Shown here one piece after another: positions 1 through 11,165 of a DNA stretch of 64,000 bases. The stretch spans positions 115,880,001 to 115,944,000 of the forward strand of contig NC_058368.1 in assembly GCF_018350175.1 (NCBI RefSeq), given 5' to 3'. A program made the translations under genes and the position numbers. The stretch comes from Felis catus. Lineage: Eukaryota. Under the pieces are notes generated by a model. The model was not told the DNA's origin, did no database searches, and was given only the letters and a program-made list of their open reading frames with translations. How positions within the stretch are numbered: the stretch's first letter is position 1; each line of letters starts with the position of its first letter.

Positions 1-160
1 CGTGTCACCTTGGGCAAGAGATTTAACCTTTCTGGGCCACGCTTTCCTCACGTGTAAAACAAAGATAATAATAGCTACCTTGCAAGGTGGTTGTGGGGAT
101 TAACTAATGTATTTAAAGCACCTAGCTCGGCGTCTGATACGCATTTGGCACCCACTACAT
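1..160 (+). mobile_element. MIR SINE fragment (core and 3' part)
   Basis: 'tgtcaccttgggcaag..ttaacctttctg..tttcctcacgtgtaaaa..ataataatagctacct..ggttgtggggatta' follows the MIR core. Confidence 0.75.
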
Positions 161-707
161 GCCCGTTTCCTTTCCCTTTCCGGATCTGCCTGCCCAGTCT
201 CTGCCAACACCAGTGGGCAAACAAACTTGGCAGATGACCTCTCAATTATCTGAGGATCCAGGGCGCTCGGTGTCTGTATCTTTTGTCCTTTAAGCTGCAC
301 AAGCTGTGGACTACAAAAGGGAGGCAAGAGGGAAATGAGACAAGGGTGGGAGAAGGTAGGTGAGCAGCCGAGGGCACAGAGGGTAGCCTCAGCAGGAGAC
401 AGGAGGGCTTGTGTGGCTTAGGGCCAGGAGTGCCTCAAAATAAGTGCACCAGGAACTTGTTGAGAACAGCTGGCCCCGGAGCGGGTAGAGGGTAGGCTCC
501 AGATTCAGAGCCTGGTTTCAAGCAGGTCCTTCCCACTAGCCTGTCTGGGCTGGAAGCAGGGAACCTGATATTTGCATACCTCCACAGATGTGTCCCAACA
601 GCCTGCCTGCCCTACCACGGTGCAGGAGGAATAATTGCACCAAGGCCAAGCTCCCCTTGGAGAGCCAGATGACCTCAGTCCTTCTGTGCTCCAAACACAA
701 GGGGATG

Positions 708-754
708 GGTGTGTGTGTGTGTGTGTGTGTGTGCATGTGTGTGTGCGCGCGCGC
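708..754. repeat. (GT)n microsatellite ending in (GC)n
   Basis: Directly visible alternating purine-pyrimidine run. Confidence 0.95.
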
Positions 755-2719
755 AGTTCCAGCCCCTAGCAGAGGAGGCTGCAGGCCTGGGTTCAGAGGG
801 ATGCAACATCTGGCCAGCTGTGAGCCTGAGCCAGATGTGCGCCGACCAGATGTAGGGCAAGCTCCCCTGGGTGGGGGGCTGCACAGGAGGGAGTCGCAAC
901 CTCATTGTGCGGCCTAATCCTGAACATATTACTCTGGAATATGTGCACCATCAACAGCATCGCCATAAAAAAAAGGCCCCAGTAAGAGAAAAGAAGAAAG
1001 AGCAAAGCTCTTGAGAGGTGTCAGCAGGCCTCTGACACAGTTTCTGGGGTAGGGGGGAGCTGGGGAGAGAGTCTGGGCTAGCTAGCACTTAACCTTGGGC
1101 CCTAGCAGTGCATGTGCTTGTGAGGACTGGCGCGGGGGAGTTGGGGGGCGGGCGGCTGAGCTGGGAGGTGTGTCTTCCACCCTGTAGAGAGAGCTACCGA
1201 AAGCTCAAAGCAAGCTCAAAGTGATGGACACAGCCAAAGAGAGGTTTTGTGACTGAGATTTAAGGGTTAATGGATCTGGGGGAAGGGGGCGTCTGAGTCT
1301 GGGAGAGCTAGGAGTGAGCCAGAGAACAACTCTGGGCCTCCTTCCTCAGCCTTCCTGAAACTAGGTATTCTGGATGCTTCCAGCAGGGAAAACACTGGAA
1401 TGTCTGTGTACTCATTCCCTCTCCACTGTCCCACTCTCATCTGCCCTCTATTCCCTTCCCTTCCCCCCACTTCCCAACCTGAGAGAACCTTCCAGACAAG
1501 ACACAAAGACGCAAAGCCAGGGTATCAGGGCTGGGCCACCTTCCCATCTGGGGGCATTGGGCCTAGGCTTGTTTTGGAGCACTGACAAGATGGGGTGGTC
1601 ACAGCAGACTTCCTGGAGGAGGAGTCTTTAAAAGATAAGAGGGATTTGGCTAGACGATGAGGACAAGACACGTCCTGTTCAGCTGAGGAGGTCCCAGGCC
1701 CCAGGCCCCAGGCCCCTGAGAAGCCGAGGTAGACAGGGAAAAACGGAGAAAGCAAGGATGTAAGAGAAAAATCGCGTGAGAACCAGAAGGACCTCAGAGC
1801 CCATGTGGCCCAAGCCCTTCATCTGACAACAGGAAGAAAGAGCAGAAAGAGGCAGACAGCAGGAGGAAGTTGTGAAAGGGATCCCCAACTATGGGCACCA
1901 CACCCTACCCCCAGGCAGCATCTCTGCCCCAGAACCCCAAAGAGAGCCTGAAAGAATGGGCCAACGTTGAGGGCAGGCAGGCGGCTGACTTGGGAGAGGG
2001 GAGGGGGCGGTTGGAAGCCGCCAAAGAATGAGACCCAGAGAGGGTTGGGAGACACGCAGGAATAAGCAAGGGGTTGGGCTGTCCGTTCTCTCCCTCTACC
2101 TCCTACATGATTGAGGCAAGCACAACTGCTTCTCATTAGCAAAAGTGACCGTGGAGGAGAAATCCAGCCCAGCCCAGCCCAGGTCACGGTCACAGCCCTG
2201 AGCAGCCAGCCTCAACCAAGCCAGAGAGGAGGCAGGCTGGGGCCCCCAGGAGACCCGCAGCTGCTGTCCAGCTCTGGGGTCCCAAGGCCACCATGTGAGC
2301 ACCTAGAGTGGGCAGTGATGAAAGGGAAGAATTTAAATGGTTGGAGGAACAGGAAGGAAGGGAAGCTATGCCAACACCCTCCTTCTGGCTGTCTTGCCTG
2401 TTTCTTCCCTCCTAATTCATTCATCAACATCATGGCCAAATCCAACCCCACCAATCTCCTGCTGAGAGAGTGGCAGTGGCTTTCCAAGGCCTAAATAAAG
2501 ACAAATTCTGAGCCCCAATTTAAAGATTCTCTGTGATTTAGCTCCCCTGGACCTCATCAGTTCTCACTCTCTAACCCTAGCTCTCCACTCCAGCTACTCT
2601 CCATGAAGGTCCCTGCGTGCAGCCTAACCGAGTCTGTATCTTTGCTCACACCGTTTTCCTAACATAAAATGGCTTTTTGTCTCTACCAACTCATTATTAG
2701 GCCCCTCTTACATTCCATT

Positions 2720-2840
2720 CGTCTCTAAAACTGGGAGAGTCATAGTGCCCACCTCATAGGATTTTTGTAAAGATAAAATTAGAAAGTACTTGGAACAGAG
2801 CCTGGCACAGAGTAAACGTTAGCTATTAGTATAGTGATTA
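2720..2840 (+). mobile_element. MIR fragment
   Basis: 'tctctaaaactgggaga..atagtgcccacctcataggatttttgtaaagataaaa..aacagagcctggcacagagtaa'. Confidence 0.65.
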
Positions 2841-2974
2841 CTGATCTCTTCATTTTCCTCTTGGTCTGAGCCCAGGTTCTACCCTCTCTATAGAGGATCC
2901 CTTACCTGACCCCCGCACCCATGACTGTCATCACCCTCCTTCGTGTATTTACCGGCTTGATTTACTTCTGTCCA

Positions 2975-3440
2975 AATGGTGTGTGTCGGGTGCCCTAGAG
3001 GATGCTAGGCACCGTGCTAGGCAGCAGGGGGGAAGTGGGGAACAAGATAGTTACTGTCCTGCCCTCAAGAGCTTACAGTCCAGAGAGAATCAAACAAGAA
3101 AAAGGCAGTTACAAGGGGGTGTGCAAGAGCTGGGCTCGGGGTACCTATGCACACAGGAGCAAGACAGTATAGAGGATCAGGGAGGGCTTCTTGGAGGAGG
3201 TGATAAATAAGCAGGCATCTGAAAGGTGAATAGGCATTAGCAGGTAGAGGGAGGGAGAGGTGTTGCAAAAGGTAGGTATAGCACGAGGGGAGGGAGGATG
3301 ATGGATTTGCAAACCGCAGCGAGCTCAGTAGGGTTACGACTGAGAGGCTGGAGAAAGCTGAGGCCAGAGAGATTTGGCAGGAGCAGGATCCAGAGAGGCT
3401 GTGTAAACTGGACTGGGACGCCGGGGCTGAGTCCTGTGCG
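2975..3440 (-). mobile_element. L2 LINE remnant
   Basis: 'ctaggcaccgtgctagg..cctgccctcaagagcttacagtc..tcagggagggcttcttggaggaggtga' is the antisense L2 3' region. Confidence 0.65.
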
Positions 3441-6211
3441 CAACAGGGAATCATGGCAGGGGCTGCCTGCTCACTTTGGCCATCAACATATGCGCCTGGA
3501 ACTATTTTAACTGTTTCACATCTGTCAGATTGCATCGTAAATTTATAATCTAGTGCCTTCTTACATGCCTTTTTTCAGTCTATAAACAAGTAGATAACTA
3601 TCGGATGCTCCTAGAGCAGACCATGGACTGCACTGTGTTGTGCATAGAGCAGGAGCCAGGTGCTATACAGGAGCATGCTGCACTCAAGAGAGGTGAGTGG
3701 AACCTGGGTCAGTCCCCAGGCACAGGCAGCCTGGGGACAAGCACTCAGATGCCCTGACACTAAGTCTCTTCCTCTGTAAACTGAAAACCATGCCGCCTGT
3801 CAATCCGCCTGCCACACACGGGCACACAAATGGAAGCCCTGCAAAGGTACAGAGAAGGAGGAAGCAGATACCGAGGCCGCAGCAGGAAGGTTGGATGCCA
3901 CTTCAGGGCTGGCTCTGGAGGCTGGGGAAGGGAGCCCAAACCAAGAACAAGAAACAAATGTGTGCATCTCAGCAACTGCCCCACCCAGCCACAGTGCCCT
4001 CTGTGTTCCTTTCTCTCTGGCCAGCTTGTGGGAATCACCGTCAACCCTGGAAACCACCCACATTTACCCCAAACATGTATTGCAGTTACTGGGGACCTGA
4101 CGAAGTCAGGTTAGGAAGTTCTGGGCTGTCCTGTCCTGACCAATTAGCACTTCCTCCAGGAAGCCTTCCCTGATCGATGCTCTCTCCCTTCTCTGACTTT
4201 TTGGACTTTCAGGCATCACCATTCATGGAATACATGACTGTGACTTCCCTCTAAGAGCTCTCAGTCCTCAGAGGGCCTCTCTCAACTTCAAGACTCTAAG
4301 CACCTTGAGGGCAGGATCCATCTGTGGCCTCTCTGGCATCCTCCACGGTCCCCAGTCCAGCCTTCTCAAAGGTGTTGAGTTGCTGGTTCCTGTTCCTTCC
4401 TCTTTGAAGCTGAGCAAGAGGATCTGAGGATCTGAATGGGCCAGAGCTGGGTCCTAGGGATAGAGAGGGGAAGAAGAGTGGCCTCCCCTGACATACACCC
4501 TATTGTGCTTTCAATCGCCAAGGGCCAGAAGCTGGGAGCCGCGGTCATGTGGTTGTCAGATGGAAAGGCTAAAGCAGCTGGGGAACAAGTGTTGAAATCC
4601 CAGTAGGCAGAATGTGGAAGTTCAGGGAGGCAAGACGGCGAGGCCAACAGCTGCCCAGCAGGAAATTTAAATGCACTGCAGGTTCCAGTGCCTGACAATG
4701 GGGCTAAGGCAAAGCCCCACTCCAGGCGGCTGCCCCAAACCTCTCCCCACTTGCACGGTACGGTGGGTGTGCCCAGAGAATCACAGCTGAAATATGGGCT
4801 ACCATCTGGAGATGACAAGGTCTGGAGACACTGTCACCAAACGGCCTTCTCCCTGAGGCAATCAGGGCAGGCCTCATCAGCACTTTGAAATGAGCCTCTG
4901 GCTGGTTCCAGATGTGGGACCAGATGTGAGAAAATGACATCCTGGCATTGGCTGGGTCCATCCTCCACCCTCCCAGCTAGCAGGACTTTCTGAAGGTCTT
5001 CCTACCCATGCCCCTGCCTGCTTAACTCCCTTGGTCTCATACCCACCAGCTGCAGGACTCTCGTGGCTGGCCAAGTGGCTCCTCGTGTCTGGATTTGGCC
5101 CACCCCAGAATCAGTTTATTATCTTGTTCCTTGGAGGTAGGAACTAGCTGGTCACCATTCCCAAAATGTCAAAATCGGGAGGAAATCTGGCATGTGTGTA
5201 TGCATACATATGCATGTATGTGCATGCACACTTGTCTAAACGGCCCTAAGAACAAGAGGCCAAGTCAGATCCCTGGCCCTGTGAGGGGCACTGGAGAGGG
5301 TGTGGCCCTGCCCATGCACTATTCAGGTCAGGAAACCAAGAAGGTGAGGAGAGGGCTGCCAGGGCCACGGAGGAAGCAAGTGGTGCATCTAGGAGACTGA
5401 GGTCTCAGGCATCAGGCTCCAAGTTTCTTTCCACACGGCCACCGCCTGCCACTCCACTCCAGCCTCTAAAACCCCCAGCTCTAATCACTGTCTTGGTTTG
5501 CAGAGTGAAGAGAGCCTGTTTCCTGGGGTCGAGGCTCTCACTGCCATGTGCTATAGGTGTCGATGTGCAGACGTCAGAGCGACGAGGAGCATTCAAAAGA
5601 TGGCATGTCCTCTTCCAAGTTGGAGCAGGCAGAGCTAGAAAGTGTTTGAAAGAAGCCAAGAGGGATTGGGGGGGAGGGGGTAGCTGAGAAGAGAGGCCCC
5701 AAACACTAGTGTCTGAAGGATGGAACCCAGGGCATGTGGCCTGATGGGGGAGGGCTCTCTTGCTCCCCCAAGGGAGACCCCCCCCCCGTTTCCTATGGGC
5801 ACATGAGCTGTCATCACTTCATTCCTCAGGGGCCAGCCCTTCTGGATTCTCCCCACCCCAGTGGATCAGGACTCTGGAACTTGTGACTGCTCTGGACTAT
5901 AAGGTGCCTCCTGGAAACTTCCTGGGATAAGGGCCTCAGATGTAAGCTTTCCAAAGATCGGCTCACTTTATCTTGCACAGCAGTGAAAGCCCTGACTCTC
6001 ACTTTGCCCAGCCTCAGTCTCTCAGTCTGTGAAATAGGCAGAGACCACGCAGAATGGGAAAGGAAACGGCCGACATCTTCGAGCAGAAGGGGTGGCCACC
6101 TCCTTCCCCAATCACTCCCACGTGAGCTATGGTTCTAGACCTGGGGTCCGCTCTGGCTTTATTTGGAGGGGGCTACCATATAGGGGTGAAGGCCAGCAGG
6201 CAGGAAAAGAA

Positions 6212-6597
6212 TGTAGTTTTTTCAAGCATCAATAATTTTCTGAATCTGAAACCTCTTTTCCAAACTTCGCAGAGCACATAATGTACAGTCCCCTTCATTA
6301 AGGATTAATTACTAGCCAAGTTTGAAGTCTTTGGAGTTGTTTGCGAGTTATTTGAGCTGAAAAAGAAAACAGAACTATGTTGTTGTTTCTTCTAAATGGA
6401 AAAAGGATATTTTTTTGTGGGTGTTTGCAATGCTCACAAACAGCTGAAGGGGTTTTTACTCTATCTTTCCAAAAATCATTGCTCCAGGCCATGACCAAAT
6501 ATGGAAAAAATGACCCAAAAAATACAAATCCCCAAACCATGAACTTTTCAGAAAGTTGCAAATAGCTGAAATAGAAGCATGCAATAGAAATGGCCAG
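6212..6597. repeat. Ancient AT-rich conserved repeat, MER121-like
   Basis: Sharp AT-rich island in GC-rich flanks; motifs 'tttgcgagttatttgagctgaaaa', 'gtttgcaatgctcacaaacagctgaaggggttttt' and 'ctttccaaaaatcatt' resemble my recollection of MER121; not confirmed by search. Confidence 0.6.
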
Positions 6598-7399
6598 CGG
6601 CCTCGCCTAGCACAATCTCCCAGGATTTCCTGCCCCCACCTCCGCCCACTACTCATGTCTGCAAGGTACCCAGGCATCTCTCCAGAGACTTTCTCTTCTA
6701 GGCGTCCAAGAACCAAGCTGCCAGGCACAGCACTAGATTAACATCCTCATTTCACAGGTGAGGAAACCGAGGCCCACTGGAGGGCTTAAATAACTTGCCT
6801 TAGGCCCTGCAGCGAGCTCTTGCAGAAGTAGATCCCAGGCTGGCTTTTACCTAGCAGTCACCCCCATTCCCAGAAATGCTGCAGGGAAGACTGGGGCAGG
6901 GTCTCTGGAACAAGAAGCCATCTGTGGCTGTGCTTGGGCCATGCACGGCCCTGAGAATAAGGTGGGCATTGTAGAGGAGAGGGTTGGAGACAGGGACAAA
7001 GACTCCTTCCCTATCTGGGAAGGGGAGGGTGGCTGACTCTCATCAAAGAACACACTCGTTGTACCCACCACTGTCCCAGGTAGCTCTGACCCCCACCCTC
7101 CCCAACTCCTGGACAGCTGGCGTTGAGGGAGGGTGTGTAGGGGTTGGTGATGCTGCACCCCTTTCTGTAGGTCCCAGTCTCTGATTCACCAGAGCAAGGT
7201 CAAATTGGGAACCTCCTCCATGACATCTCTATAACCATGGCTCAGGCCAAGGCTCCTGGGACGTCAGTCCCCAGACCAATTGCCCCTAAGGTGATACAGA
7301 AGGGGACGGGGGCTCTCCTCTCCTCAGAGCTGAGGTTGGAGTTCTGCCTTGGCACAAATGGGCTGCCCTAGGTACAGTCTAGAATGGTAATATCTTTTT

Positions 7400-7585
7400 G
7401 AGGTTAAAACTCTGGCACCAGGCTTCTGGGGTTTGAATTCTGACGCTATCACTTGCTGTCTGACCTGCAAGTTACCCAACCTCCCTGTGACTCAGTTTCC
7501 TCTTCTGTACAGGAAATAACACCTGCACCTCCATCCTCGGGTTCACAATAAGCGCGATTTAAGTTGTAGCTATTATTACCACTGT
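7400..7585 (+). mobile_element. MIR fragment
   Basis: 'ctggggtttgaattctgac..cacttgctg..caagttacccaacctccctgtgactcagtttcctc'. Confidence 0.6.
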
Positions 7586-9776
7586 TATCTGTTCAATATC
7601 TGCAACTTATGGAAGAATAAACAAGTGGATACCTAAGAACCCAGAACCTACTACCTAGGTGGGACAGAACCTGCCCATTTTTAACCTCCTGCCAGCTCCT
7701 CCATTTAACCCTGAAAAAGTTGCCAGGCTCGTCTGGGCCTTGGTTTCTCCATTAGTAATACGGGGATAATAGAACCCTTTGCTGTTCTGTCAAGTTCTTT
7801 GAGAGGCTTGGATGAAAGGCAGCAGCAGCGGGGTGAGATGCTGCTATTACAGCTAATGACAGAAGCAACACGCTCGTAAGCCGGTGCCCAGCTCTGACTC
7901 AGGCTGTTTACGGTTCTAGGCCTTGCCAGTGGGGGGGGGGGGCTGAGTGGGTCTGTGGTTTGGGGAGAAGAGGGAGCCCTGGCTGGTGCCCTCACCTGCC
8001 CTACTATCTTAATGCATCTGCTGTGAGCAAGCTTCCCGCAGGGTGTCCTCTCTCTGGGTTGAACCCCTACTGCCCTGTCTCCCCGGGAGTCCTCGCCTCT
8101 CTCATTCCCAGGACGGCCCCCCTCCTCCCCTTCTGCCAGGACTCCGGGATGTGTGTGACACATCGCTCGAGAGGACAATCAAGCCTACTTAGAAACATGT
8201 GGAAGCCATGGTCTGAGGCTGAAGCGGCCAGAAGAATAAAACATTCTCCAAGGCCAGGTCCTCCCTCTCTCACCAGCTAAAGGACAGAGATGCAGAAGGG
8301 CCAGTCAGCATGGGCTGGAGTCACTCTGTGACCTCCACATCTGGTCAGATGCTGCCGGTCTCTTCCTCCCCTTGGGGAGCTTCTAATGGGAGGCTGACCA
8401 GGGAAGGGAAGCTTTCATAAATAAGCCCCCTCCAGAAGGTCCTGCGGGCCACTCCTGTTTTGTATCACCAGTTTGGTTTCTAGATTGGGGTTGGCCCCTT
8501 GGTCCCTCTGGGGACTGGAGATGGAAGGGGGGCTGGTGAAACCAAAGAGCAACTGCTATCCCCAGCCGCCTGAACGAAGAGCTCTCTGCCTGGCAGTTCA
8601 GTCCACTTCCAGGAAGCCTCTGCAGTAGCCTCTGTCCCAACCTTAGCAATGGACTGGGGACGCGCACACTCATCCTCCTAGATCCCAGGATGACTCAGGG
8701 CCAAGGCAGCCCTAGGCAAATGCCATCTGGCCTCCCAAAGTGCCTCCCCTTTACCAAAGCTCTGGCTTTCCTCCCCAGTCCAAAGAGCAACAGGTCACTG
8801 GATGGCCCGATGGCACGAGGCGCTGGCAGCAAGGGCTACCTGCCTGCCGCTTCCACTCTGTCTCTCTGGCCCCAAGAACTAGTCCTTGACCTCCTGGGAC
8901 CCTTATCCCCTCTCCTCAAGCTCCTGCTGTGCACAAGTCCAATTCCCGATTGTCCTTCCTTTTGTTAATGCTACTAAGCCCCAATAGCATATCATGTGGC
9001 AGACATGGGTGCCAGAATTGGGAAGAGCTAAAGCAAGCGTGGAAAGAGGAACCCTATTTCGGAGACAGCTATGGAGGTTGGAGGAGGACAAAACTGAACC
9101 TCCAATTGGAGAAGGGCTGGCCCAAAACCAGCAGGCTTGAAACAGGCAGGACAGAATGGGAAACAGTAGGAGAAGACTGGGGAGAGCATTCTAGGCAGGG
9201 GTCACAGCACTAGTAAGAAGTGGAGGAGGTAAGTCACTTGTCATCTCCAGAAGAATCAGCTCCTACGGGGCACAAAGACTTGGGGGAAATGGAGAGTGAC
9301 CCCTGATTGCACTCTGGGAATCCCGGGCAGTGAGGGGAGCACATGGATTCAGTGTGCGGTGTGGGCCTAGCCAGGGCAGTCAGCTCACAGAAACTCCCTG
9401 GAGTTAAAAACAGGGGCCTCTTCCTCAGAAATCTAAGCAACTTTACAGAGGTGGCCTCCTTGACCTTCCCAAGCCCTGGAAAGCAGGGAGGAACTGAAAG
9501 GAAACACTCTCATCACTATTTAACAGAGAAGGAAACCGAGGCTCATTAGTGCTTAGTCATCTGCCCAAGGTCTTAGTGTAAGTCAGCCACCAAGCCGGTA
9601 GAATATTCTGGAAGCCCAGGGTCCTCAAGAGGTCACCTACTCCACCACTTGCCCCAGGCAGGCCGGATCCCAACAAATGGGGCATCTGACTATGCCTAAC
9701 CATGTTGAATTCAGATCTAGCCTGAATCCTTCCTGCTGCGGTTTAAACATACAACTTCTCATTTTAAAAAAAGGGT

Positions 9777-9991
9777 GGGGGGACGTGCCTGGGTGACTCA
9801 GTCGGTTAAGTGCCCAACTCTTGATTTTGGCTCAGGTCATTATCTCATGGTTCATGGGTTCGGGCCCCACCTCAGGCTCTCTGCTGACAGCCTGGGGCCT
9901 GCTTGGGATTCTCTCTCTCTCCCTCTCTCTGTTCCTCCCTGACTTGCACTCTCTCACTCTCTCAAAATAAATAAATACACTTAAAAAAAAA
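9777..9991 (+). mobile_element. Carnivore tRNA-derived SINE (SINEC_Fc type)
   Basis: Head 'gcctgggtgactcagtcggttaag', B-box 'ggttcgggccc', (CT)n and A tail; TSD taaacatacaacttctc at 9744-9760 and 9992-10008. Confidence 0.95.
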
Positions 9992-10644
9992 TAAACATAC
10001 AACTTCTCTGCTCCATAGGCAGGATGGAGTCATACAAAAGCCCCCTATGGACTATAAGGTTATTTTTGGGCTCCCCCTCAGATTTCTCTTCTCCATATTC
10101 GATCTCAACAGTTTCTTTCACTGTAGGTCCATGCCTGCCATGATGGACATAGTATAAACACAAGGGGCTCCACAACCATCAAATGAACGAAAAGAGGGTA
10201 AATAAATGAATAAACCAACCAACGATTTCCAGATAGGCAAAACACTTGGGCCTCCGTGAAACAGATCTGAAACAGCAGTCTCCAGGCATACCTCAACAAC
10301 CTGACATGATAGATGTACAGCCACTGCTTAGGGTAATCTGGAGATATCTCGAGGCCATATCCTTACTTTAAAAACACCCGTATCAAAAAATAAAAAAAAA
10401 CCAAGCAAACAAACAAACGCCACGAGTATCTTTCCTCCTTCTGTATCTTATTGCTTTTGTATCTTCAGAGCCTTTGCTGGGCTGGGGCCACATGTTTTCT
10501 CTTTGCCTTCTAAACCCTACAACACACGGGTGCAGACACACACACATGTGCATACACACATGTACTTGTGTGGACAAATAGGCACCAGCCCCTGTGAGTG
10601 AACCCATCCCCATCTCAACCAGGTTGGCATTTCTGCTGGCATTC

Positions 10645-10675
10645 TTAAAAAAGTTTTATTTATTTATTTATTTTT

Positions 10676-10706
<31 letters not shown>

Positions 10707-10868
10707 CGCGCGCACGAGCAGGAGAGGCACAGAGAGAGAGGGAGAGGGAGAATCCCAACCAGGCTCCGTGCTGTCAGTGCAGAGACTGATGCGGGGCTCA
10801 GTCCCATGAATCCATGAGATCATGATCGAGCTGAAATCAAGAGTCTGATCCTCAACCAACCGAGCCCC
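10645..10868 (-). mobile_element. SINEC_Fc-type SINE with (GA)n(GC)n tract
   Basis: Antisense SINE body; TSD tctgctggcat. Confidence 0.93.
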
Positions 10869-11004
10869 TCTGCTGGCATCTTTTGATCTAGAGGGTTACT
10901 TCTGCAGACTGTTCAGATCTATGTCCCTGAAAATCCTCCTCATCTTCATGCCTATGATCCTGATATATGGAAAGAACTGCACCCTAAGCCCTATACATGT
11001 ATGT

Positions 11005-11165
11005 ATCATTTATGCTTACTACGTTCTAGGCACTGTGCCAAACACTAGACGTGTACGTTCCCGATTGATCCTCACAAACCACCCTATAGGTCACAGAAGA
11101 GGAAGCTGAGACTCAGAGAGGTGAAGTCTGGCTGATAAACAACAGGTCTGCCTGACTTCAGGGCC
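11005..11165 (-). mobile_element. MIR fragment
   Basis: 'catttatgcttactacgttctaggcactgtgc..atcctcacaaacc..acagaagaggaagctgagactcagagaggtgaagt'. Confidence 0.7.

Noticed and set aside
10127..10197. Plus-strand acceptor and donor pair
   Set aside because: All three frames contain stops and the donor is mediocre
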